From Euprymna scolopes (lineage: Eukaryota): a DNA stretch of 64,000 bases. The translations under genes and the position numbers were made by a program. The notes under the pieces were generated by a model. It saw nothing but the letters and a program-made list of their open reading frames with translations, was not told the origin of the DNA and made no database searches. Positions 23,001 through 38,000 of this stretch are shown here, piece after piece (position 1 is the stretch's first letter; every line of letters begins with the position of its first letter). The DNA lies in assembly GCA_053919585.1 (NCBI GenBank), contig CM132809.1; one strand, written 5' to 3'.

Positions 23001-26000
23001 AGGTATGTAGAAACAATTGGCATCTAACTCAACATGTCTTATATCCATTGTGGAGGTATGTAGAAACAATTGTGATCTAACTAAACATCTCTTATACTCA
23101 TTGTGGAGGTATATAGAAACAATTGTGATCTAACTCAACATCTCTTATATCCATTGTGGAGGTATGTAGAAACAATTGGCATCTAACTCAACTTCTCTTA
23201 TATCCATTGTGGAGGTATGTAGAAACAATTGTGATCTAACTCAACATCTCTTATACCCATTGTGGAGGTATGTAGAAACAATTGTGATCTAACTCAACAT
23301 CTCTTATACCCATTGTAGAGGAATATAGAAACAATTGTGATCTAACTCAACATCTCTTATATCAATTGTGGAGGTATGTAGAAACAATTGGAATCTAACT
23401 CAACATGTCTTATATCCATTGTGGAGGTATGTAGAAACAATTGTGATCTAACTAAACATCTCTCATACCCATTGTGGAGGTATGTAGAAACAATTGTGAT
23501 CTAATTTAACATCTCTTATATCCATTGTGGAGGTATGTAGAAACAATTGTGATCTAACTCAACATCTCTTATACCCATTGTGGAGGTATGTAGAAACAAT
23601 TGTGATCTAACTCAACATCTCTTATATCAATTGTGGAGGTATGTAGAAACAATTGGAATCTAACTCAACATGTCTTATATCCATTGTGGAGGTATGTAGA
23701 AACAATTGTGATCTAACTAAACATCTCTTATACTCATTGTGGAGGTATATAGAAACAATTGTGATCTAACTCAACATCTCTTATATCCATTGTGGAGGTA
23801 TGTAGAAACAATTGGCATCTAACTCAACTTCTCTTATATCCATTGTGGAGGTATGTAGAAACAATTGTGATCTAACTCAACATCTCTTATACCCATTGTG
23901 GAGGTATGTAGACACAATTGTGATCTAACTCAACATCTCTTATACCCATTGTGGAGGTATATAGAAACAATTGTGATCTAACTCAACAACTTCTTATATC
24001 CATTGTGGAGGTATGTAGAAACAATTGTGATCTAATTCAACATCTCTTATACCCATTGTGGACGTATGTAGAAACAATTGTGATCTAACTCAACATCTCT
24101 TATATCCATTGTGGAGGTATGTAGAAACAATTGTGATCTAATTAAACATCTCCTATACCCATTGTGGAGGTATGTAGAAACAATTGGGATCTAACTCAAC
24201 ATCTCTTATATCCATTGTGGAGGTATATAGAAACAATTGTGATCTAACTCAACATCTCTTATATCCATTGTGGAGGTATGTAGAAACAATTGTGATCTAA
24301 CTACACATCTCTTATATCCATTGTGGAGGTATATAGAAACAATTGTGATCTAATTAAACATCTCTTATATCCATTGTGGAGGTATGTAGAAACAATTGTG
24401 ATCTAACTCAACATCTCTTATATCCATTGTGGAGGTATGTAGAAACAATTGTGATCCAACTCAACATCTCTTATATCCATTGTGGACGTATGTAGAAACA
24501 ATTGTGATCTAATTCAACATCTCTTATACCCATTGTGGAGGTATGTAGAAACAATTGTGATCTAATTAAACATCTTTTAAAGCCATTGTGGAGGTATGTA
24601 GAAACAATTGTGATCTAACTCAACATCTCTTATATCCATTGTGGAGGTATATAGGAACAATTGTGATCTAACTAAACATCTCTTATATCCATTGTGGAGG
24701 TATGTAGAAACAATTGGCATCTAACTCAACATCTCTTATACCCATTGTAGAGGTATGTAGAAACAATTGTGATCTAACTCAACATGTCTTATACCCATTG
24801 TGGAGGTATATAGAAACAATTGTGATCTAACTCAACATCTCTTATACCCATTGTGGACGTATGTAGAAACAATTGTGATCTAATTTAACATCTCTTATAT
24901 CCATTGTGGAGGTATGTAGAAACAATTGTGATCTAAGTAAACATCTCTTATACCCATTGTGGAGGTATGTAGAAACAATTGTGATCTAACTACACATCTC
25001 TTATATCAATTGTGGAGGTATGTAGAAACAATTGGAATCTAACTCAACATGTCTTATATCCATTGTGGAGGTATGTAGAAACAATTGTGATCTAACTAAA
25101 CATCTCTTATACTCATTGTGGAGGTATATAGAAACAATTGTGATCTAACTCAACATCTCTTATATCCATTGTGGAGGTATGTAGAAACAATTGGCATTTA
25201 ACTCAACTTCTCTTATATCCATTGTGGAGGTATGTAGAAACAATTGTGATCTAACTCAACATCTCTTATACCAATTGTGGAGGTATGTAGAAACAATTGT
25301 GATCTAACTCAACATCTCTTATACCCATTGTGGAGGTATATAGAAACAATTGTGATCTAACTCAACATCTCTTATATCAATTGTGGAGGTATGTAGAAAC
25401 AATTGGAATCTAACTAAACATGTCTTATATCCATTGTGGAGGTATGTAGAAACAATTGTGATCTAACTAAACATCTCTCATACCTATTGTGGAGGTATGT
25501 AGAAACAATTGTGATCTAATTTAACATCTCTTATATCCATTGTGGAGGTATGTAGAAACAATTGTGATCTAACTCAACATCTCTTATACCCATTGTGGAG
25601 GTATGTAGAAACAATTGTGATTTAACTCAACATCTCTTATATCAATTGTGGAGGTATGTAGAAACAATTGGAATCTAACTCAACATGTCTTATATCCATT
25701 GTGGAGGTATGTAGAAACAATTGTGATCTAACTAAACATCTCTTATACTCATTGTGGAGGTATATAGAAACAATTGTGATCTAACTCAACATCTCTTATA
25801 TCCATTGTGGAGGTATGTAGAAACAATTGGCATCTAACTCTACTTCTCTTATATCCATTGTGGAGGTATGTAGAAACAATTGTGATCTAACTCAACATCT
25901 CTTATACCCATTGTGGAGGTATGTAGACACAATTGTGATCTAACTCAACATCTCTTATACCCATTGTGGAGGTATATAGAAACAATTGTGATCTAACTCA

Positions 26001-29000
26001 ACATCTCTTATATCCATTGTGGAGGTATGTAGAAACAATTGTGATCTAATTCAACATCTCTTATACCCATTGTGGACGTATGTAGAAACAAATGTGATCT
26101 AACTCAACATCTCTTATATCCATTGTGGAGGTATATAGGAACAATCGTGATCTAATTAAACATCTCCTATACCCATTGTGGAGGTATGTAGAAACAATTG
26201 GGATCTAACTCAACATCTCTTATATCCATTGTGGAGGTATATAGAAACAATTGTGATCTAACTCAACATCTCTTATATCCATTGTGGAGGTATGTAGAAA
26301 CAATTGTGATCTAACTACACATCTCTTATATCCATTGTGGAGGTATATAGAAACAATTGTGATCTAATTCAACATCTCTTATATCCATTGTGGAGGTATG
26401 TAGAAACAATTGTGATCTAACTCAACATCTCTTATATCCATTGTGGAGGTATGTAGAAACAATTGTGATCCAACTCAACATCTCTTATATCCATTGTGGA
26501 GGTATGTAGAAACAATTGTGATCTAATTCAACATCTCTTATACCCATTGTGGAGGTATGTAGAAACAATTGTGATCTAATTAAACATCTTTTATACCCAT
26601 TGTGGAGGTATGTAGAAACAATTGTGATCTTACTCAACATCTCTTATATCCATTGTGGAGGTATATAGGAACAATTGTGATCTAACTCAACATCTCTTAT
26701 ATCCATTGTGGAGGTATGTAGAAACAATTGGACTCTAACTCAACATCTCTTATACCCATTGTAGAGGTATGTAGAAACAATTGTGATCAAACTCAACATC
26801 TCTTATACCCATTGTGGAGGTATATAGAAACAATTGTGATCTAACTCAACATCTCTTATACCCATTGTGGACGTATGTAGAAACAATTGTGATCTAATTT
26901 AACATCTCTTATATCCATTGTGGAGGTATGTAGAAACAATTGTGATCTAATTAAACATCTCTTATACCCATTGTGGAGGTATGTAGAAACAATTGTGATC
27001 TAACTCAACATCTCCTATATCAATTGTGGAGGTATGTAGAAACAATTGGAATCTAACTCAACATGTCTTATATCCATTGTGGAGGTATATAGAAACAATT
27101 GTGATCTAATTAAACATCTCTTATACTCATTGTGGAGGTATATAGAAACAATTGTGATCTAACTCAACATCTCTTATATCCATTGTGGAGGTATGTAGAA
27201 ACAATTGTGATCTAATTCAACATCTCTTATACCCATTGTGGACGTATGTAGAAACAATTGTGATCTAACTAAACATCTCTTATATCCATTGTGGAGGTAT
27301 ATAGAAACAATTGTGATCTAATTAAACATTTCCTATACCCATTGTGGAGGTATGTAGAAACAATTGGGATCCAACTCAACATCTCTTATATCCATTGTGG
27401 AGGTATATAGAAACAATTGTGATCTAACTCAACATCTCTTATATCCATTGTGGAGGTATGTAGAAACAATTGTGATCTAACTACACATCTCTTATATCTC
27501 TTGTGGAGGTATATAGAAACAATTGTGATCTAATTAAACATCTCTTATATCCATTGTGGAGGTATGTAGAAACAATTGTGATCTAACTCAACATCTCTTA
27601 TATCCATTGTGGAGGTATGTAGAAACAATTGTGATCTAACTCAACATCTCTTATATCCATTGTGGAGGTATGTAAAAACAATTGTGATCTAATTCAACAT
27701 CTCTTATACCCATTGTGTAGGTATGTAAAACAATTGTGATCTAATTAAACATCTCTTATACCCATTGTGGAGGTATGTAGAAACAATTGTGATCTAACTC
27801 AACATCTCTTATATCCATTGTGGAGGTATATAGGAACAATTGTGATCTAACTCAACATCTCTTATATCCATTGTGGAGGTATGTAGAAACAATTGTCATC
27901 TAACTCAACATCTCTTATATCCATTGTGGAGGTATGTAGAAACAATTGGCATCTAACTCAACATCTCTTATACCCATTGTAGAGGTATGTAGAAACAATT
28001 GTGATCTAACTCAACATCTCTTATACCCATTGTGGAGGTATATAGAAACAATTGTGATCGAACTCAACATCTCTTATACCCATTGTGGAGGTATGTAGAA
28101 ACAATTGTGATCTAACTCAACATCTCTTATATCCATTGTGGAGGTATGTAGAAACAATTGTGATCTAATTAAACATCTCTTATACCCATTGTGGAGGTAT
28201 GTAGAAACAATTGTGATCTAACTCAACATCTCTTATATCCATTGTGGAGGTATGTAGAAACAATTGGCATCTAACTCAACATCTCTTATACCCATTGTAG
28301 AGGTATGTAGAAACAATTGTGATCCAACTCAACATCTCTTATACCCATTGTGGAGGTATATAAAACAATTGTGATCTAACTCAACATCTCTTATACCCAT
28401 TGTGGAGGTATGTAGAAACAATTGTGATCTAATTTAACATCTCTTATATCCATTGTGGAGGTATGTAGAAACAATTGTGATCTAATTCAACATCTCTTAT
28501 ACCCATTGTGGAGGTATGTAGAAACAATTGTGATCTAACTCAACATCTCCTATATCAATTGTGGAGGTATGTAGAAACAAATGTGATCTAACTCAACATG
28601 TCTTATATCCATTGTGGAGGTATGTAGAAACAATTGTGATCTAACTAAACATCTCTTATACTCATTGTGGAGGTATATAGAAACAATTGTGATCTAACTC
28701 AACATCTCTTATATCCATTGTGGAGGTATGTAGAAACAATTGTGATCTAATTCAACATCTCTTATACCCATTGTGGACGTATGTAGAAACAATTGTGATC
28801 TAACTAAACATCTCTTATATCCATTGTGGAGGTATATAGAAACAATTGTGATCTAATTAAACATTTCCTATACCCATTGTGGAGGTATGTAGCAACAATT
28901 GGGATCCAACTCAACATCTCTTATATCCATTGTGGAGGTATATAGAAACAATTGTGATCTAACTCAACATCTCTTATATCCATTGTGGAGGTATGTAGAA

Positions 29001-32000
29001 ACAATTGTGATCTAACTACACATCTCTTATATCCATTGTGGAGGTATATAGAAACAATTGTGATCTAATTAAACATCTCTTATATCCATTGTGGAGGTAT
29101 GTAGAAACAATTGTGATCTAACTCAACATCTCTTATATCCATTGTGGAGGTATGTAGAAACAATTGTGATCTAACTCAACATCTCTTATATCCATTGTGG
29201 AGGTATGTAAAAACAATTGTGATCTAATTCAACATCTCTTATACCCATTGTGTAGGTATGTAGAAACAATTGTGATCTAATTAAACATCTCTTATACCCA
29301 TTGTGGAGGTATGTAGAAACAATTGTGATCTAACTCAACATCTCTTATATCCATTGTAGAGGTATATAGGAACAATTGTGATCTAACTCAACATCTCTTA
29401 TATCCATTGTGGAGGTATGTAGAAACAATTGTCATCTAACTCAACATCTCTTATATCCATTGTGGAGGTATGTAGAAACAATTGGCATCTAACTCAACAT
29501 CTCTTATACCCATTGTAGAGGTATGTAGAAACAATTGTGATCTAACTCAACATCTCTTATACCCATTGTGGAGGTATATAGAAACAATTGTGATCGAACT
29601 CAACATCTCTTGTACCCATTGTGGAGGTATGTAGAAACAATTGTGATCTAACTCAACATCTCTTATATCCATTGTGGAGGTATGTAGAAACAATTGTGAT
29701 CTAATTAAACATCTCTTATACCCATTGTGGAGGTATGTAGAAACAATTGTGATCTAACTCAACATCTCTTATATCAATTGTGGAGGTATGTAGAAACAAT
29801 TGGAATCTAACTCAACATCTCTTATATCCATTGTGGAGGTATGTAGAAACAATTGTGATCTAACTAAACATCCCTTATACTCATTGTGGAGGTATATAGA
29901 AACAATTGTGATCTAACTACACCTCTCTTATATCCATTGTGGAGGTATGTAGAAACAATTGGCATGTAACTCAACATCTCTTATATCCATTGTGGAGGTA
30001 TGTAGAAACAATTGTGATCTAACTCAACATCTCTTATACCCATTGTGGAGGTATGTAGAAACAATTGTGATCTAACTCAACATCTCTTATACCCATTGTG
30101 GAGGTATATAGAAACAATTGTGATCGAACTCAACATCTCTTATATCCATTGTGGAGGTATGTACAAACAATTGTGATCTAATTAAACATCTCTTATATCC
30201 ATTGTGGAGGTATATAGAAACAATTGTGATCTAATTAAACATCTCTTATACCCATTGTAGAGGTATGTAGAAACAATTGTGATCTAACTCAACATCTCTT
30301 ATATCCATTGTGGAGGTATGTAGAAACAATTGGAATCTAACTCAACATCTCTTATATCCATTGTGGAGGTATGTAGAAACAATTGTGATCTAACTCAACA
30401 TCTCTTATACCCATTGTGGAGGTATGTAGAAACAATTGGCATCTAACTCAACATATCTTATATCCATTGTGGAGGTATGTAGAAACAATTGTGATCTAAC
30501 TCAACATCTCTTATATCCATTGTGGAGGAATGTAGAAACAATTGTGATCTAACTCAACATTTCTTATATCCATTGTGGAGGTATGTAGAAACAATTGTGA
30601 TCTAATTCAACATCTCTTATATCCATTGTGGAGGTATGTAGAAACAATTGTGATCTAACTACACATCTCTTATATCCATTGTGGAGGTATATAGAAACAA
30701 TTGTGATCTAATTAAACATCTCTTATATCCATTGTGGAGGTATGTAGAAACAATTGTGATCTAACTCAACATCTCTTATATCCATTGTGGAGGTATGCAG
30801 AAACAATTGTGATCTAACTCAACATCTCTTATATCCATTGTGGAGGTATGTAGAAACAATTGTGATCTAACTCAACATCTCTTACACCCATTGTGGAGGT
30901 ATGTAGAAACAATTGTGATCTAATTAAACATCTCTTATACCCATTGTGGAGGTATGTAGAAACAATTGTGATCTAACTCAACATCTCTTATACCCATTGT
31001 GGAGGTATATAGAAACAATTGTGATCTAACTCAACATCTCTTATACCCATTGTGGAGGTATGTAGAAACAATTGTGATCTAATTTAACATCTCTTATATC
31101 CATTGTGGAGGTATGTAGAAACAATTGTGATCTAATTAAACATCTCTTATACCCATTGTGGAGGTATGTAGAAACAATTGTGATCTAACTCAACATCTCT
31201 TATATCAATTGTGGAGGTATGTAGAAACAATTGGAATCTAACTCAACATCTCTTATATCCATTGTGGAGGTATGTAGAAACAATTGTGATCAAACTAAAC
31301 ATCTCTTATACTCATTGTGGATGTATATAGAAACAATTGTGATCTAACTACACCTCTCTTATATCCATTGTGGAGGTATGTAGAAACAATTGGCATCTAA
31401 CTCAACATCTCTTATATCCATTGTGGAGGTATGTAGAAACAATTGTGATCTAACTCAACATCTCTTATACCCATTGTGGAGGTATGTAGAAACAATTGTG
31501 ATCTAACTCAACATCTGTTATACCAATTGTGGAGGTATATAGAAACAATTGTCATCTAACTCAACATCTCTTATATCCATTGTGGAGGTATGTACAAACA
31601 ATTGTGATCTAATTAAACATCTATTATATCCATTGTTGAGGTATATAGAACCAATTGTGATCTAATTAAACATCTCTTTTACCCATTGTAGAGGTATGTA
31701 GAAACAATTGTGATCGCACTCAACATCTCTTATATCCATTGTGGAGGTATGTAGAAACAATTGGCATCTAACTCAACATCTCTTATATCCATTGTGGAGG
31801 TATGTAGAAACAATTGTGATCCAACTCAACATCTCTTATACCCATTGTGGAGGTATGTAGAAACAATTGGCATCTAACTCAACATCTCTTATATCCATTG
31901 TGGAGGTATGTAGAAACAATTGTGATCTAACTCAACATCTCTTATATCCATTGTGGAGGAATGTAGAAACAATTGTGATCTAACTCAACATTTCTTATAT

Positions 32001-35000
32001 CCATTGTGGAGGTATGTAGAAACAATTGTGATCTAACTCAACATCTCTTATATCCATTGTGGAGGTATGTATAAACAATTGTGATCTAACTCAACATCTC
32101 TTATACCCATTGTGGAGATATATAGAAACAATTGTGATCTAACTCAACATCTCTTATATCAATTGTGAAGGTATGTAGAAACAATTGTGATCTAATTCAA
32201 CATCTCTTATACCCAATGTGGACGTATGTAGAAACAATTGTGATCTAACTCAACATCTTTTATATCCATTGTGGAGGTATGTAGAAACAATTGTGATCTA
32301 ACTCAACATCTCTTATATCCATTGTGGAGGTATGTAGAACAATTGTGATCTAATTCAACATCTCTTATACCCATTGTGGAGGTGTGTAGAAACAATTGTG
32401 ATCTAACTCAACATCTCTTATACCCATTGTGGAGGTATATAGAAACAATTGTGATCTAACTCAACATCTCTTATATCCATTGTGGAGGTATGTAGAAACA
32501 ATTGTGATCTAATTAAACATCTCTTATACCCATTGTGGAGGTATGTAGAAACAATTGTGATCTAACTCAACATCTCTTATATCCATTGTGGAGGTATATA
32601 GAAACAATTGTGATCTAACTCAACATCTCTTATATCCATTGTGGAGGTATGTAGAAACAATTGTGATCTAACTACACATCTCTTATATCCATTGTGGAGG
32701 TTTATAGAAACAATTGTGATCTAATTAAACATCTCTTATATCCATTGTGGAGGTATGTAGAAACAATTGTGATCTAACTCAACATCTCTTATATCCATTG
32801 TGGAGGTATGTAGAAACAATTGTGATCCAACTCAACATCTCTTATATCCATTGTGGAGGTATGTAGAAACAATTGTGATCTAATTCAACATCTCTTATAC
32901 CCAATGTGGACGTATGTAGAAACAATTGTGATCTAACTCAACATCTTTTATATCCATTGTGGAGGTATGTAGAAACAATTGTGATCTAACTCAACATCTC
33001 TTATATCCATTGTGGAGGTATGTAGAACAATTGTGATCTAATTCAACATCTCTTATACCCATTGTGGAGGTGTGTAGAAACAATTGTGATCTAACTCAAC
33101 ATCTCTTATACCCATTGTGGAGGTATATAGAAACAATTGTGATCTAACTCAACATCTGTTATATCCATTGTGGAGGTATGTAGAAACAATTGTGATCTAA
33201 TTAAACATCTCTTATACCCATTGTGGAGGTATGTAGAAACAATTGTGATCTAACTCAACATCTCTTATATCCATTGTGGAGGTATATAGAAACAATTGTG
33301 ATCTAACTCAACATCTCTTATATCCATTGTGGAGGTATGTAGAAACAATTGTGATCTAACTACACATCTCTTATATCCATTGTGGAGGTATATAGAAACA
33401 ATTGTGATCTAATTAAACATCTCTTATATCCATTGTGGAGGTATGTAGAAACAATTGTGATCTAACTCAACATCTCTTATATCCATTGTGGAGGTATGTA
33501 GAAACAATTGTGATCCAACTCAACATCTCTTATATCCATTGTGGAGGTATGTAGAAACAATTGTGATCTAATTCAACATCTCTTATACCCATTGTGGAGG
33601 TATGTAGAAACAATTGTGATCTAATTAAACATCTTTTGAAGCCATTGTGGAGGTATGTAGAAACAATTGTGATCTAACTCAACATCTCTTATATCCATTG
33701 TGGAGGTATATAGGAACAATTGTGATCTAACTCAACATCTCTTATATCCATTGTGGAGGTATGTAGAAACAATTGGCATCTAACTCAACATCTCTTATAC
33801 CCATTGTAGAGGTATGTAGAAACAATTGTGATCTAACTCAACATGTCTTATACCCATTGTGGAGGTATATAGAAACAATTGTGATCTAACTCAACATCTC
33901 TTATACCCATTGTGGACGTATGTAGAAACAATTGTGATCTAATTTAACATCTCTTATATCCATTGTGGAGGTATGTAGAAACAATTGTGATCTAAGTAAA
34001 CATCTCTTATACCCATTGTGGAGGTATGTAGAAACAATTGTGATCTAACTCAACATCTCTTATATCAATTGTGGAGGTATGTAGAAACAATTGGAATCTA
34101 ACTCAACATGTCTTATATCCATTGTGGAGGTATGTAGAAACAATTGTGATCTAACTAAACATCTCTTATACTCATTGTGGAGGTATATAGAAACAATTGT
34201 GATCTAACTCAACATCTCTTATATCCATTGTGGAGGTATGTAGAAACAATTGGCATTTAACTCAACTTCTCTTATATCCATTGTGGAGGTATGTAGAAAC
34301 AATTGTGATCTAAATTAACATCTCTTATACCAATTGTGGAGGTATGTAGAAACAATTGTGATCTAACTCAACATCTCTTATACCCATTGTGGAGGTATAT
34401 AGAAACAATTGTGATCTAACTCAACATCTCTTATATCAATTGTGGAGGTATGTAGAAACAATTGGAATCTAACTAAACATGTCTTATATCCATTGTGGAG
34501 GTATGTAGAAACAATTGTGATCTAACTAAACATCTCTCATACCTATTGTGGAGGTATGTAGAAACAATTGTGATCTAATTTAACATCTCTTATATCAATT
34601 GTGGAGGTATGTAGAAACAATTGTGATCTAACTCAACATCTCTTATACCCATTGTGGAGGTATGTAGAAACAATTGTGATTTAACTCAACATCTCTTATA
34701 TCAATTGTGGAGGTATGTAGAAACAATTGGAATCTAACTCAACATGTCTTATATCCATTGTGGAGGTATGTAGAAACAATTGTGATCTAACTAAACATCT
34801 CTTATACTCATTGTGGAGGTATATAGAAACAATTGTGATCTAACTCAACATCTCTTATATCCATTGTGGAGGTATGTAGAAACAATTGACATCTAACTCA
34901 ACTTCTCTTATATCCATTGTGGAGGTATGTAGAAAATTTGTGATCTAACTCAACATCTCTTATACCCATTGTGGAGGTATGTAGACACAATTGTGATCTA

Positions 35001-38000
35001 ACTCAACATCTCTTATACCCATTGTGGAGGTATATAGAAACAATTGTGATCTAACTCAACATCTCTTATATCCATTGTGGAGGTATGTAGAAACAATTGT
35101 GATCTAATTCAACATCTCTTATACCCATTGTGGACGTATGTAGATACAAATGTGATCTAACTCAACATCTCTTATATCCATTGTGGAGGTATATAGAAAC
35201 AATCGTGATCTAATTCAACATCTCCTATACCCATTGTGGAGGTATGTAGAAACAATTGGGATCTAACTCAACATCTCTTATATCCATTGTGGAGGTATAT
35301 AGAAACAATTGTGATCTAACTCAACATCTCTTATATCCATTGTGGAGGTATGTAGAAACAATTGTGATCTAACTACACATCTCTTATATCCATTGTGGAG
35401 GTATATAGAAACAATTGTGATCTAATTCAACATCTCTTATATCCATTGTGGAGGTATGTAGAAACAATTGTGATCTAACTCAACATCTCTTATATCCATT
35501 GTGGAGGTATGTAGAAACAATTGTGATCCAACTCAACATCTCTTATATCCATTGTGGAGGTATGTAGAAACAATTGTGATCTAATTCAACATCTCTTATA
35601 CCCATTGTGGAGGTATGTAGAAACAATTGTGATCTAATTAAACATCTTTTATACCCATTGTGGAGGTATGTAGAAACAATTGTGATCTTACTCAACATCT
35701 CTTATATCCATTGTGGAGGTATATAGGAACAATTGTGATCTAACTCAACATCTCTTATATCCATTGTGGAGGTATGTAGAAACAATTGGCATCTAACTCA
35801 ACATCTCTTATACCCATTGTAGAGGTATGTAGAAACAATTGTGATCCAACTCAACATCTCTTATACCCATTGTGGAGGTATATAGAAACAATTGTGATCT
35901 AACTCAACATCTCTTATACCCATTGTGGAGGTATGTAGAAACAATTGTGATCTAATTTAACATCTCTTATATCCATTGTGGAGGTATGTAGAAACAATTG
36001 TGATCTAATTAAACATCTCTTATACCCATTGTGGAGGTATGTAGAAACAATTGTGATCTAACTCAACATCTCCTATATCAATTGTGGAGGTATGTAGAAA
36101 CAATTGGAATCTAACTCAACATGTCTTATATCCATTGTGGAGGTATGTAGAAACAATTGTGATCTAACTAAACATCTCTTATACTCATTGTGGAGGTATA
36201 TAGAAACAATTGTGATCTAACTCAACATCTCTTATATCCATTGTGGAGGTATGTAGAAACAATTGTGATCTAATTCAACATCTCTTATACCCATTGTAGA
36301 GGTATGTAGAAACAATTGTGATCTAACTAAACATCTCTTATATCCATTGTGGAGGTATATAGAAACAATTGTGATCTAATTAAACATTTCCTATACCCAT
36401 TGTGGAGGTATGTAGAAACAATTGGGATCCAACTCAACATCTCTTATATCCATTGTGGAGGTATATAGAAACAATTGTGATCTAACTCAACATCTCTTAT
36501 ATCCATTGTGGAGGTATGTAGAAACAATTGTGATCTAACTACACATCTCTTATATCCATTGTGGAGGTATATAGAAACAATTGTGATCTAATTAAACATC
36601 TCTTATATCCATTGTGGAGGTATGTAGAAACAATTGTGATCTAACTCAACATCTCTTATATCCATTGTGGAGGTATGTAGAAACAATTGTGATCTAACTC
36701 AACATCTCTTATATCCATTGTGGAGGTATGTAAAAACAATTGTGATCTAATTCAACATCTCTTATACCCATTGTGTAGGTATGTAGAAACAATTGTGATC
36801 TAATTAAACATCTCTTATACCCATTGTGGAGGTATGTAGAAACAATTGTGATCTAACTCAACATCTCTTATATCCATTGTGGAGGTATATAGGAACAATT
36901 GTGATCTAACTCAACATCTCTTATATCCATTGTGGAGGTATGTAGAAACAATTGTCATCTAACTCAACATCTCTTATATCCATTGTGGAGGTATGTAGAA
37001 ACAATTGGCATCTAACTCAACATCTCTTATACCCATTGTAGAGGTATGTAGAAACAATTGTGATCTAACTCAACATCTCTTATACCCATTGTGGAGGTAT
37101 ATAGAAACAATTGTGATCGAACTCAACATCTCTTATACCCATTGTGGAGGTATGTAGAAACAATTGTGATCAAACTCAACATCTCTTATATCCATTGTGG
37201 AGGTATGTAGAAACAATTGTGATCTAATTAAACATCTCTTATACCCATTGTGGAGGTATGTAGAAACAATTGTGATCTAACTCAACATCTCTTATATCCA
37301 TTGTGGAGGTATGTAGAAACAATTGGCATCTAACTCAACATCTCTTATACCCATTGTAGAGGTATGTAGAAACAATTGTGATCCAACTCAACATCTCTTA
37401 TACCCATTGTGGAGGTATATAGAAACAATTGTGATCTAACTCAACATCTCTTATACCCATTGTGGAGGTATGTAGAAACAATTGTGATCTAATTTAACAT
37501 CTCTTATATCCATTGTGGAGGTATGTAGAAACAATTGTGATCTAATTAAACATCTCTTATACCCATTGTGGAGGTATGTAGAAACAATTGTGATCTAACT
37601 CAACATCTCCTATATCAATTGTGGAGGTATGTAGAAACAATTGGAATCTAACTCAACATGTCTTATATCCATTGTGGAGGTATGTAGAAACCATTGTGAT
37701 CTAACTAAACATCTCTTATACTCATTGTGGAGGTATATAGAAACAATTGTGATCTAACTCAACATCTCTTATATCCATTGTGGAGGTATGTAGAAACAAT
37801 TGTGATCTAATTCAACATCTCTTATACCCATTGTGGACGTATGTAGAAACAATTGTGATCTAACTCAACATCTCTTATATCCATTGTGGAGGTATATAGA
37901 AACAATTGTGATCTAATATAACATTTCCTATACCCATTGTGGAGGTATGTAGAAACAATTGGGATCTAACTCAACATCTCTTATATCCATTGTGGAGGTA

